64,000 nucleotides of DNA from the human T2T-CHM13v2.0 reference genome, Homo sapiens: the NCBI RefSeq assembly GCF_009914755.1, contig NC_060938.1, one strand, 5' to 3'. Position numbers and translations under genes: made by a program. Position 1 is the first letter of the stretch, and each line of letters begins with the position of its first letter. Shown here one piece after another: positions 14,948 to 27,877 of the stretch. Under the pieces are notes generated by a model that saw nothing but the letters and a program-made list of their open reading frames with translations, ran no database searches and had not been told where the DNA came from.

Positions 14948-15409
14948 TTTATTGTTCTTCCCAGAAATTTTAACACACACTTCCTATGCTTTATGATTTC
15001 AGTTATTTTATTCAGAGAAAATATTTCGAATCACAAAATATGATTCTGTGATATCTTCAGAGAAGTTTGTAGAAGTATGCTGGCTTGTTTAAAATTTAAT
15101 TCCAAACATAATGGAAGTTGCTACTAAATATTTATTTTCTAAATTAAATAAAAGCACAGTGCATTTAAAAATAAGAAGAGATTATTACAAAGAATAGTTT
15201 ATTGACTTAACACCATTTAATCATTTACTAAATTACAGTATCTGAAGAGAAAGACTTAGATTCTGGTATCCTTTAAGTGATTTTTTTTACCTTTAAACAG
15301 ATAAATTTGTGGAAGCGATGGGAATGATCTTATCCTTTAAAAAAAATGGTAAAAGTATAAACAAGAAAGGTACAACTAGCTCTTCGAATATTTTACATTA
15401 GTGATTTAA

Positions 15410-15705
<296 letters not shown>

Positions 15706-16186
15706 CTAATTAAAAATAAATATAAAAATAATTTTTTGAAATTTTCATTCTTCATGCAAGGAGATAAACATGCATTGGCTCATCCATACATTCATCTATT
15801 CAGTCATTCTTTCATTTATTAGTGTTTGGGCACCTATTATGTACTGAGAATACAATAGCTAAAAAGACATTCAGATTGCATTCCAAATTAGGAGCAAGAG
15901 CCTAATTAAATTCAGTTAAAATGGCATTATTACTTAATTGAATTACTTTAAATAGAAGGTTTAGGAGCAAAAGATAAATGAAGAAATAATAAAGATGTTG
16001 AAGAAAATATAATTAAAAGCTATTATGTACAACTTTATTAAATTGAATTTGAAAATTTAAACAGGCTTATTCCTGGAATTCCAAGAAAAAACATAATTTT
16101 ACAAAATAGATAAAGAAGAAAAATAAAATTTAAATAATCTTGTAACTATTAAATCAATTACAACTGGCTTAAAAATAGCTGTAGCT

Positions 16187-16475
16187 GCCCGGGCACAGTG
16201 GCCCAGGCCTGTAATTGCAGCACTTTGGGAGGCTGAGGCAGGCAGATCACCTGAGGTCAGGAGTTTCAGACCAGCCTGGTCAATGTGGTGAAACCCCGTC
16301 TCTACTAAAAATACAAAAATTAGCTGGGTGTGGATGGCGGGCGCCTGTAATGCCAGCTACTCTGAAGCTGAGGCAAGAGAATCACTTGAATCTGGGAGGC
16401 GAAGGTTGCGGTGAGCCAAGATTGTGCCACTGCACTCCCACCTGGGCGACAGAGTGAGACTACGTCTCAAAAAAA
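16187..16475 (+). mobile_element. AluSx-like, full length
   Basis: Dimer plus poly(A). TSD aaaaatagctgtagct (16171-16186) / aaaaatagttgtagct (16476-16491) at a TT|AAAA site. Confidence 0.95.
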
Positions 16476-16759
16476 AAAAATAGTTGTAGCTACAGGACCT
16501 GATGGCTCCAGAGTTAAATAATATGAAATATTTAAGTAAAAAAAAACACCAAACCTTATCACAGAAAAGAAAAAAATAAATTATAACTTACTACATTCCA
16601 AGAAAGACAAAGAAAAAAATATATTTATATTTATATTTATTTACTTTCAGGAAATGAGATGCAAAACACTTTAGAAACAAAATGCCAACAAGCTAAATGA
16701 AATATTACATGAAAGGATAGAATCTTGATCAAAATTATTACCCCTGAATGTGATGGTAT

Positions 16760-18491
16760 AGCATGCAACAGACCAAACTTATTCAGAACAAGCAGCAAAA
16801 AACAGATAAAACACAAATTATATTTTCTTAAAGGCATTGGAGAGAAAGCAACCAGGCTTGGAGGGAAAAGGATTGCAAAATTACAAAGCAGATAAAAATA
16901 GAGATGTGTGAACTGACAGTCTGCAGCCATCTTTTCCTTGGGGGCATTTGCTTACTCTAAAAGCAAGACAGGAGGCTGAGAATCCAGGCCTCATTTTCAC
17001 ATGGCCCTCCTGAGAACAGAGAAATCAGAAGAACTAAGCAAACAACAATAACAGCAACAACAACAAGACAAACAGCTTAAGCGTTTACGGGCCATGATAC
17101 TAGGGTACAGTAATGGAGGCAGAACAATACTGATCCAGATATAAGGCTGATATTTCTTCTAATGTGTTTGCCAAAATCTGATGATGCAAAGAGTATAAGG
17201 CTAAGAAACTGAAAGAAAAATGTTGTTCTGATTATTTATTACTTTATTTTATATTTTTGTGAGGTTATTCAGAAATTACAATGTTCAGAGTTTAGAAATC
17301 AAGAGAAGTGGAGCACCAGTGACTACACCAAGCTTTCAATTTGAAGCCCAGGAAAACTTCACCCTAACTGCTTTACCCAAAGGCTGAGGCTGTTCAAACT
17401 TTAATTTGGTGCATGCATGGATCAAGGTCATAAGCACGTTCTATTTGCCTAGGAGATCAGAAGCTGAACCTTCCCTGGTTGAAAAATAGCATCAGTTGGA
17501 GCCTTAATAATTTTTTATACAATATAAAAATTTGACAAAAAATTACAAAGCATTCCAAGATACAAGATCACGTAACTGAAAACAAAGAATATAGACAACA
17601 GAAACTGTCAAAGATAGTAAGAAGACAAAGACTTTAAAACATTTTTACCATGTTCACAAAAAAAGATGAAAGGTCACTGATGAAAAACTGGAGAATTTTA
17701 CCAAAAATTAAAATAATATGAAAAACAGCATTAATTGGGAAATCTGGAAAGGAAAAGCAAAAGTACTGAAAATGAAATTTCAATGGATGATTTTTATCAA
17801 CAAATAGATACAGCAGAAAACATAATTAGTAAATTGTAAGACAGGAAATGTAAAATATCTTAATCCAAAACAGAGAAGAAAAAGATAAGAAAAGAGCAAG
17901 ATATATGTGGGACTTCAACTGTTCAAAATAAATGTAATTAGAATTTTAGAAGAGGAGGATACAGCGACAGATGAAAAACAGCATTTGAGATTATAAAAAT
18001 TTTTCAAAACTGACAATGAATATCAATTTGAAATATCACAAAGTTTCTATAAACTAAGCAAAGTAAATACAAGGAAAATTATGGTTAGAGATACCAAGGT
18101 CAAATGTAAGCTAGTAAGATAGATACAGTACTTTGTATTCCAAAAATTAGTATCAGTAGCAGCAACTGACCTTTAAAAAATAAAATAGAAAATACTTTTT
18201 AAATTACTTAAAAAATAAAGCAGAAAATAAAAGGGTATGTAAAATATGGAAACATGCATTCTATGCCCTGCAAAGTTATTCTTTAAATATAGTTTTCCAA
18301 CAAAAAAGAAAAAAATTATCACCAGAAATTATGCATTAAGCAATAATAAAGGAATTTAATTAAGTAAGAGAAGATGATATGAGATGGAAACACAAAAATT
18401 CAGGTAAAAATGAAGAGTAATGGAAAGAAAAATACATGATTACATATAAATGAGTATTTAATAATTACTTTGGATGTAAATATATACATGC

Positions 18492-18527
<36 letters not shown>

Positions 18528-18800
18528 TTATACAATATATAATTAGTGCAAAAGTCAAAAGAGAATTAAACAGCTTAAAGAGTCCTAATGTTCCAGCATT
18601 ATTTGAAAAGTGGTAAAAACAAATAATTTCCACTGGGCTGTAATAAATCAAAGATACATAAAACATCTAGGGTAGCCATTAAAATAATAGAGTAAAGAGA
18701 GGTAACAGAAAAAATAGCGTGATCAAAAATATTTGACTAATCCAGGTAAAGGCCATAAAACATAAAATATGCAAGTAAAATGCAAAAAACTCCCACATTT
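16760..18800 (+). mobile_element. ancient L1M 5'/ORF1 region
   Basis: Very A-rich strand with degenerate ORF1-like tract (caatggatgatt...agatacagcagaaaacataattagtaaattgtaagacagg). Confidence 0.6.
18492..18525. repeat. compound (TA)n(GA)n microsatellite
   Basis: Seen directly. Confidence 0.9.
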
Positions 18801-18921
18801 TATACATATACATATTGTGTATAAAATCTTACAATGTGTATGTATATTGCATACATACGCATATTACGTTTACATTAAATGTAGTTATATAATTATGTTT
18901 AATCCTATCATACTGCTGTCA

Positions 18922-19600
18922 GTTTTTTTTTTAATTTTTACTTCATGATTTTTTTTTTCTTTTTTGGAGACAGAGTTTCTCTTTTGTTGACCAGGCTGGA
19001 GTGCCATGGCGTGATCTCAGCTCACCGCATCCTTCGCCTCCCGGGTTCAAGCTATTCTCCTGCCTCAGCCTCCTGAGTAGCTGCTTACAGTCATATGCCA
19101 CCATGCCCAGCTGACTTTGTATTTTTAGCGGAGATGAGATTTCTCCATGTTGGTCAGGCTGGTCTCAAACTCCCAACCTCAGGTGATCCGCCTCCCTCGG
19201 CCTCCCCAAATGCTGGGATTACAGGTGTGAGCCACACCTGGCCTACTTTTTGATTTTTTATAGGTAAATAGTAAGTGTATATATTAATGACGTATATGAG
19301 ATATTTTGATATGGGCATTCAATGTGTAGTAGTAGTAACATCAGAGTAAATGGCGTATTCATCACCTCAAGCATTTATCATTTATTTGTGTTATAAACAT
19401 TCCGATTATTCTTTTAGTTATTTTAAAATGTACAGTATCATTGACTGCAGTCATTCTGTTGTGCTATCAAACACTAAACCTTATTCATTCTCTTTAACTA
19501 TATTTTTGTACCCATTTATCATCCCTTTGTCCCCCTCTGCCACCCCATCACTACCCTTTCCAGACTTTGGTAACCATCATTTTACTGTCTCTTTGAGTTC
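18922..19600 (-). mobile_element. L1MA (MA2/3-like) 3' end, interrupted by AluSp
   Basis: T-tail then antisense L1MA 3'UTR (gagatattttgata...catcacctcaagcatttatc...ggtaaccatcatt). Confidence 0.85.
18954..19243 (-). mobile_element. AluSp
   Basis: Sp diagnostics (ctcaccgca, tttctccatgttggtcagg). TSD tacttcatgattttt / tactttttgattttt; inserted in the L1MA tail. Confidence 0.92.
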
Positions 19601-19603
19601 TAT

Positions 19604-19642
<39 letters not shown>

Positions 19643-19653
19643 GACAGGGTCTC
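19601..19653 (-). mobile_element. Alu 3' stump with (TTTA)10 tail
   Basis: (TTTA)n followed by gacagggtctc, the last ~11 nt of an AluJ-type element. Confidence 0.65.
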
Positions 19654-20270
19654 TGCTGCACTGCCTTGGGTTGGGGGAGGGGTGACGCAAGTACTTCCTT
19701 GGCTACCCCAGCTGGTGTGCCACTAAGTTGTTTGCACCCCAAGTTCACTTGCTCCAAGCCTGGGACAGCACCAGGACTTGCCTAGGAGTGGCAGTCTTTG
19801 TGGCTTAGACTGCCTTTAAAATTTGTTTAGAACCCTAGAGCACTTTAGCCATGGTACTGGGGCTAGCTGGAACTTAGTTTCTGACCATGAGATTCTCCTT
19901 AGTCTAAATGTTCCCACTGTGAACACAGGCTGAATTCTGCCCTGTGTTGCTTTCCACTGTGACCGGGCAGTACTGAGCTTCAAAGTTAATTTTCACAATT
20001 ACTGCCTCCCCCTCCCAGAAGCTCACAGATTCTGTTGCTGTGTCAGGCAGCTACTGCTAAAACATGGGGGATGTGTAGGTGATTCAAGGCTGTCTTTACT
20101 ATCCTTTTCAGTGCCTCTCTCCTTGATATAATGCTGAAACTAAGTACCATGATTGCTCAGCTAAGTTTTGGTTCTTATGAAAGTGCTTTCTTGCATGAAT
20201 GGTTGTTTAATCTGGTGTTTCTGTGGAAGGGATGATCTCTGGAGGGTACTGTTTGGCCATCCGCTCTCTC
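19654..20270 (-). mobile_element. L1M1/L1MA 5' UTR
   Basis: Antisense L1M 5' motifs (gattcaaggctgtctt...ttcagtgcctct...ttttggttcttatgaaagtgcttt...ttggccatc). Confidence 0.75.
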
Positions 20271-20499
20271 TCTCCTTCCTCTGTCTCTCTTTTTTTTGTT
20301 TGTTTGTTTCTTTATGGCTTCTTTCTTTCATTCTTTTGCTTTAATCAAGTATTTTAAAGTTCCTCTTTATCTTGTATTATCTTCTTGTTTCACATTTAGT
20401 ATTATTTTATCATTTTAGTAATTACAGTAGAACAAAATATTTTATGTGTATGTATGTAATGATTTATGCACACACATGCGTACATGCAACTTAAGGTAG

Positions 20500-20780
20500 C
20501 GTAAAAATAGTAAATGAACTTATGATAGCGACTAAAATAACCACATACCTGGAGGAAAAATACAGGACAATATGTTCCAGTGTTCTACACTGGAAACTAC
20601 AAAAGCTAATTAAGAACAATTAGAGGGACCTAAATAAATGAAGAGATATTCTGTGCTCATGCATTGGAAGACTAAATTTTACAAAGATGTTAATTTTCCC
20701 CAAATTTAGATATAGTTTTATTATAATCCCTATCACAGATTTTTTTGTTTTTTGCTCTGCATTTAAAATGTATCAAGAGT
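20500..20780 (+). mobile_element. L1ME-type ORF2 fragment
   Basis: gacctaaataaatgaagagatattctgtgctcatgcattggaagact is a degenerate DLNKW..IPCSWIGR motif. Confidence 0.65.
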
Positions 20781-20784
20781 CCAA

Positions 20785-21330
20785 CTTATCGCCACCCCCA
20801 CTACTAGAATTTCGTAGTTGAGTCTACCGTCTTATATTTCTTAGCTGGTCTTACTGCTTCTGTTTTGGTTTTCTTATAGCGTGTTCTCATTATAGGCACT
20901 ACAGTGTTAAAAAATAACAATATGCTTCTACTTGTACAAAACACTTCAATTCTTGCCAAATTATAGAGTAAAAACCGGTGTTCATAGCATCCCTCTTCAG
21001 TGCCTCTCTTAATCCCCCTTCCCCTAACACCTGTGATCTCATCTCCTACTACCCTCTCCCTGTTTACGCTGTTGCAGCCCCATTTTCCTCCTTCAATAGC
21101 TTGAACATCCTTAGCACAGTGCACACCCGGGTCTTTCCATTGCCTTAACCTCTGCCTAGATGTTTTTTCCCAGTTAACAATATGTTTGCCTCCTTACTTC
21201 CTTCAGGAATTTACTGAATGCAAGTCTTTGGGATGACCACATTTAAAAATGCAACCCATCAACACCAGGATCAGTGCTTGACACAGTGTCTTCAATAATG
21301 TACATCAATTTCTGTATTCAGTAAATGATT
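20785..21330 (+). mobile_element. L2 fragment
   Basis: Pyrimidine-rich L2 3' region ending cagtaaatgattgg. Confidence 0.6.
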
Positions 21331-21406
21331 GGTGGACACATCCAATATACCCATCCTATGGCTTGAAGAATGCCAGTGTAGATAAGATTTAATATTTACT
21401 TTAAAG

Positions 21407-21668
21407 CAGAGGTGTCCATTCTTTTGGCTTCTCTGGGCCACATGGGAAGAGGAAGAATTGTCTTGGGCTACATATAAAATGCACTAACACTAGTGCATTT
21501 TAGTGACAGCTGATGAGCTAAGAAACACTAGTGCATTTAATGACAGCTGATGAGCTAAGAAAAAAAAAATCGCAAAATAATCTTATAATGTTTTAAGAAA
21601 GTTTACAGATTTGTGTTGGGCCACATTCAAGTTTACAAATTTGTGTTGAGCCTCATGTGGTGGGGGTT
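21407..21668 (+). mobile_element. MER30 (hAT-Charlie MITE) with internal duplications
   Basis: cagaggtgtccattcttttggcttctctgggccaca... matches MER30; extra 38-bp and 30-bp tandem copies. Confidence 0.9.
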
Positions 21669-22654
21669 ATAACTGTAATATAACAACTATCATCTATGTG
21701 ATTTGCAATTTATGCAACACATTCACATACATTTTTCATTTGAGCTTCAGTAATAAGCTGAGGTGCACTGTAGAGAAAGCAGATGTTTTACAGATGTAAA
21801 ATTGAAGAGGTTTAATAATTTGCCAAAATGGAAAAGCTGTGTCTTAAAGCCTGATTTTCTGACTTTGAAACTTTCTTTTTTTAATCATACAAGACTGCAT
21901 TTTGTTTAGAGTTTGGAGAATTTGATAGAAGAGCAAAATAAAATTTATGCCCACTGTAAATTTAAAATGTTTTGTGCGTCATAGCTGTGGCGTGAGAAAC
22001 AAAATGGAAAACTATGATACCTGGTTCCCTCAGGCCAGTTTACATTCTGTAAAATGGAAATCATGCATACGTAGTTCTCTTGGGGGACCTTGAGAAAATT
22101 AATGAGGCTATGTTTGTAAAAAGTTTTTACATTATATAGAGAAAAGCATTACCTTCAGGAAAGAAACTGTCACTAATCCATATTTTCCTTGTACGTAAGC
22201 TCAGCATATGGATTCTGACAGGAAATCCATGGCTGTTTAAGTCCAACTTTGAAACTTAATATATTGATTTTAAAAGTATCTGGTTTCATAATTAAAACAT
22301 TAAAATATTTATTACATTCTTCAATTAAAAAAGGCAAGGCAAACTTATCTTCCAATGGCGTGCCAATCTGTAGACCATTCATTCTATGCTTAGGACACTA
22401 AAAAAATTAAGGACTTTGAAGTTATTAACTTGACAGCCATTAAATTTTGAAAGAAGAACATAAAAGATTCCAAAGAAAAAAATTAAAATAATACTAAACA
22501 AAATAATTAAAAGATAATTATTTTATATCTAAACTGAGATGCAGAGATCGTAAGATTTGAAAGACTAATATATAAAAAATGGCATCTAATTAATAACTAT
22601 AAAGTGACTATGAAATAACCTTGCCAGCATTTTTAATATAACTTTTTATTATAA

Positions 22655-23012
<358 letters not shown>

Positions 23013-23595
23013 CTAAAAAAAAAAAATATATATATATTTTCTAAACTAAAATGCTAACGTACAGCAGAAACATCCATAAAGTGAAGTCATGATTAATAAG
23101 GTTTAAAATAATAATAATTAAAGTACAAGCATTGGTTTGTAAGCTTACTAAAATATGCATACAGTAAAATAAAATAGTGATTTAGCTACTCATTCAAAAT
23201 TGATACTTTATATATACAGCCACTAAAGTTTAATATTGTAAAATCTATGAAAAATTAGGATAATGCAAAATAAAATATTTAAAAAATTCAGCTTTAACAG
23301 ATTTTTTATAAACTCAAGTTAGTGTTTCAGGGCATTTCATAATAAATATAAATTGATTTATCTCTCCTACAGGAATTTTGCCGAATTTTCTGCTTGGGAA
23401 ATACTGCCCTTTATTTTTCATTCTGATTAACTTACTTAGAATAAAGCTTAATTGAATAATACATTCCAAATGCATGGTCCCCAAGTTATTTCATATCACT
23501 TCATTTTTATAGTAGATAATGATGCAATACAATTCAAGTGAAAAAGTTTTCTGATCATATGAAAAAGCAAAGAAGGAAACTGTGGTTAAGAAAAA

Positions 23596-23960
23596 TGTGA
23601 TGGTTTAGTTGATGTGTCAACTAAGCTAGGCTATAGTACCCAACTATTTAGTCAAAAGCCAGTCCAGATTGTAGTGAAGTCATTTTTTTAGGTGTGATTA
23701 ACATTTAAATCTGTAGACTTTGAATAAAGCAGATGATCCCCTATAACATAGGTAGGCCTCAATCAGTCAATTGAAAACATTAAGAAAAAACACTGAAGTC
23801 CCCAAAAGAGTGAGAGATTCTGCTGCTAGACTACCTTTGGACTCAGGACTACAGCATGAACTCTTGCCAGAATTTTCAGCTTGCCAGACTGCCCTAAAAC
23901 TTTCAAAATTTCTTATTCCCACAGTTGCCTGACCCAATACCTAAGAATAAATAAATCTCT
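23596..23960 (+). mobile_element. MLT2B-type ERVL LTR, interrupted near its 3' end by an L1
   Basis: tgtgatggtttagttgatgtgtcaact...tagactttgaataaagcagat...aataaatctct. Confidence 0.85.
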
Positions 23961-24893
23961 ATTTTCAGTTTTTTTTTTTTTTTTTTTTTTTTGAGAAACC
24001 TCTAGAGTGCTTTTCCATAGTGGATATACCACTTTACATTCCTGCCAACAGTATACAAGCATTGCCATTTCTTCACATCCTCACCAGCATCTGTTAGCTT
24101 ATTTTTTCAATAGTAGCCATTTTAACTGGGATGAGATAATATTTCATTGCAGTTTTGATTTGAATTTTCCTGATAATTAGTGATGTTGGACATTTTTTCA
24201 TATACCTGTTGACCATTTGCATGTCTACTTCGGAGAAATGTCTGTTGGGGTCTTCTGCCCATTTTAAATCAGATTTTTTTTTTTTTTTTTGCTATTGAGT
24301 TGTTTGAGTTCCTTATATATTCTAGTTATTAATCCCTTGTCAGATGAGTAGTTTGAAAATATTTCCTCCCATCCTCTAGGTTAACTCTTCACTTTGTTGG
24401 TTGTTTCCTTTGCTATGCAGAAGCTTTTTAGATTGATGTAATCTTATTTGTCTAATTTTCCTTTTGTTGCCTGCACTTTTGAGGTCTTACACAAAAAATC
24501 TTGCTCAAACCAATGTTCTGTAGAGTTTCTCAAAAAATTTTCTTCTAGTAGTTTCATAGTTTCAGGTCTTACATTTAAGTCTTTAATCCATTTTGAGTTG
24601 ATTTTTATATATGGTGGAAGATAGGAATCCAGTTTCATTCTTCTGCATATGGACATTCAATTTTTCCAGAACCATTTATTAGGAAGGCTGTCCTCTTCCC
24701 GTTGTGTGTTCTTAGTGTCCTTGTCAAAAATACATTGGCCATCAATGTGGGGATTGATTTCTGGGTTCTCTATCCTGTTCCATTGTTCTGTGTGTTTTTA
24801 TGCCAGTGCCATGTTGTTGGCTTTGTATTATAGTTTTATGTGAAATAGTGTGATGCCTCCAGCTTTGTTCTTTTCGCTCAGGATTGCTTTAGC
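23961..24893 (-). mobile_element. L1MA inverted segment (ORF2 3' part)
   Basis: ORF 24444-24656 ([37 protein letters not shown]) is L1 ORF2p. Confidence 0.9.
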
Positions 24894-25425
24894 AATGGAT
24901 GAATGGTTAAAGAAAATGTGGTATGTGTGTATACAATGGAATATTATTCAGTTACAAAAATAATAAAATCCTATCATTTGTAGCAACATGAATGAAACTG
25001 GAAGTCATTATGTTAAGTCAGATAAGCCAGGCACAGAAAGGCAGATATCACATGTTCTCACTTATATGTGGAAGCTAAAAGTGGATTTCATAGAGGTAGA
25101 GTAGAATGGTGGTTACCAGAAGCTGAGAAGGGTAACGGGTAGGGGGCTAAGAAGAGAAGATGGTTAATGGCTACAAAAGTTATGTAAGATAGAAGGAATA
25201 AGTTCTATTGTTCCATAGTACGGAAGAGAGACTATACATAACAATAATTTACTATATATTTCAAAATAGCTAGAATAATTTGAATGCTCCTAACACAAAG
25301 AAAAGATAAATGTTTGAGGTAATGTATATTCCATTTACTCTGATTTTATTATTGCACATTGTATTCATGTATAAAAACATCATATGAACCTCAAGAATAT
25401 GTAGAATTATATATAAATAATAAAT
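24893..25425 (+). mobile_element. L1MA non-inverted 3' segment
   Basis: caatggatgaatggttaaagaaaatgtgg...aagatagaaggaataagttct... is an L1MA 3'UTR. Confidence 0.9.
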
Positions 25426-26244
25426 TAATGAATCTCAATCTCTATGAACATACATATAAATATATACATTATTCTATGTACTATATGTATATATGCAATG
25501 TACAATATGTATATATACTATACATTGCATATATACATATATAAAATAGAAAGCAGATACATATATGCATAAATATGTGTGTATATATACACACACATAT
25601 ATATACATATATATGCATAGTTTTTAAAGGCATTTTCTTATGGGTAAGATTTGGTATTACTTCCCAGGAAAGGAAGTGATAAATCTTTTCAATGTGGTTT
25701 CAGAGACAGATAGTTAGGACCCTAGAAGTATTTATGCAAAATGGAAGGTGGTATTTTAAGCAGAAAGGATATGAATCAGATTATATGACTTGAAGTTATT
25801 GTATGAGAACAGCTTTGATTAACTAAATACCCCTTTCTCCTCAATACTAAAGAGAAACATAAAAGCCTATAGACAGAGTGCTTAAGAAATACTTAAAGTA
25901 GATGAAACTATACGTTTTCCAGGCTTCTGCCATGGTATCTCAACATGTCTTTTTGTTCATTCTTGAAGATAACCACTCAGCAATGAGCTTGAGTAATGTG
26001 TAGCTTCTATATCTAATCAAATAAAATAATCATTAAGGTCACCAAATGAACTTTACAAGTGAAGAGCTATGGAAAAGAATGATGACCAGATAAGTGAACA
26101 TTAGAAAATGTGATCAGACTACAGAATACAGGATTTTGTTTCATCATAAACACAGCCATTTGTCAGCACCATTTCTGGCTTTCAAAACTTTAGGGCAGGT
26201 AAGAGAGTGGATGATCTGATATTTAGGGATTATTTAATTTTTCC

Positions 26245-26375
26245 TTTTAAAAAATCTTTTAAGTTCAGGGGTACATGTACAGGTTTGTTACACAGGTAAA
26301 CGTGTTATAGGGGTTTGTTTTACGCATTATTTCATCACCCAGGTGTTAAGCCTAGCACCCATTAGTTATATTTTC
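26245..26375 (-). mobile_element. L1PA8-13-type 3' stub
   Basis: aagttcaggggtacatgtacaggtttgttaca...ttatttcatcacccagg. Confidence 0.85.
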
Positions 26376-26399
26376 ATTTCTCATAATTCATATGCTGGT

Positions 26400-27222
26400 T
26401 ACTTGCTGGCTTGGTTGCTGGTCTGTTTCTCACATTCCTTTCTTAGCTCTGTATTATAAATTCTCATAACGATTGACTTCTAGTTACATTCAACACATGG
26501 TAGGCATTGGTAGGTGTGAGTAGAAGGCAAGTCAGGGTATCACTCCACTCTTGTTCTGCCTACAGTGGCATTTCTGGCAGTGCCCGTTTATCCATATTGG
26601 TTTTAGCTCCTTATGAAAAACTCTTTGCTATGGCCTAAATATTTTGTGCTCCTTTATCCCTCCCCCCAATTTATATTTTAAAACCTAACTATCAATGTGA
26701 TGTACTAGGATGGGGCCTCTGGTAGGTGAATGATTACTACCGTCCTTATCAAAGATGCTCGCAGAACTGCCTTGCCCTTTCCAACATGTGAGGACACAGT
26801 GAGAATGTGCCACCTGTAAACCAGGAAATGGGTTCTCACCAGACACTGAATCTGCAGGTAAATTGGTCATGGATTTCCAGCTTCCAGAACTGTGAGAAAT
26901 AAATTTCTGTTGTCGCAAACCTACCTAGTCGATGGTACTTTGTTATGGCAGCCCGAGTGGACAAAGACACCCCTATTTCATGGTCCCTACTTTTGCCTGC
27001 CAAGAGGTGGGCTTTAATATCTGTTAGTCAGTCTTACCTTCCTGCTATGGTAACACCATCATCTCTCATTGATCTTTTGTCCCAGGGATGGGGTGTCTTC
27101 CTGCAGTTGCTAATTTTTGGGGTGCTTTATAGTAGTCACTTATACTACTCAATTGCTTAACTAATTATCCATCTTATATTTCCTTTGCATAAAAAATTAA
27201 ATAGATTTCTGTTTTTCTAACT
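26400..27222 (+). mobile_element. LTR33-like ERVL LTR split by MLT1A
   Basis: Degenerate LTR33 motifs on both sides of the MLT1A (ggcattggtagg...tctggcagtg; cttcctgcagttgctaat...tttctgtttttcta). Confidence 0.55.
26626..26969 (+). mobile_element. MLT1A0-like solo LTR
   Basis: TGCTATGG...AAGACA termini; ctcaccagacactgaatctgc, ccagaactgtgagaaataaatttctg. Confidence 0.88.
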
Positions 27223-27522
27223 TCATATTGTTCTTAAAGGTAGTCATATAATTCTCTAGTAAGAGAACAGAATTTATCCTATATGGTAATGGGTTTAGGT
27301 ATGGACCCATGTGCATGTTAGATTTTCTGATTGTTATTCAATTATCACTTCAAGAATTTTCATGACATGTTGCACTTTTGTTGTGAAGTACAATCAAATG
27401 TACCCATATTCTTATTGTTTTTTATGGAATTTTGCATTTTGTCACTTTTATAACAAATGCTTCAGCATTACTCACCAAAAAAACCCTTTACTATTATTTT
27501 AGTTCTGAATTGGGGATTTTAA

Positions 27523-27877
<355 letters not shown>

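Noticed and set aside
21486-21656. CRISPR-like 30-38 bp repeats
   Set aside because: Adjacent tandem duplications without spacers inside a MER30 in primate DNA.
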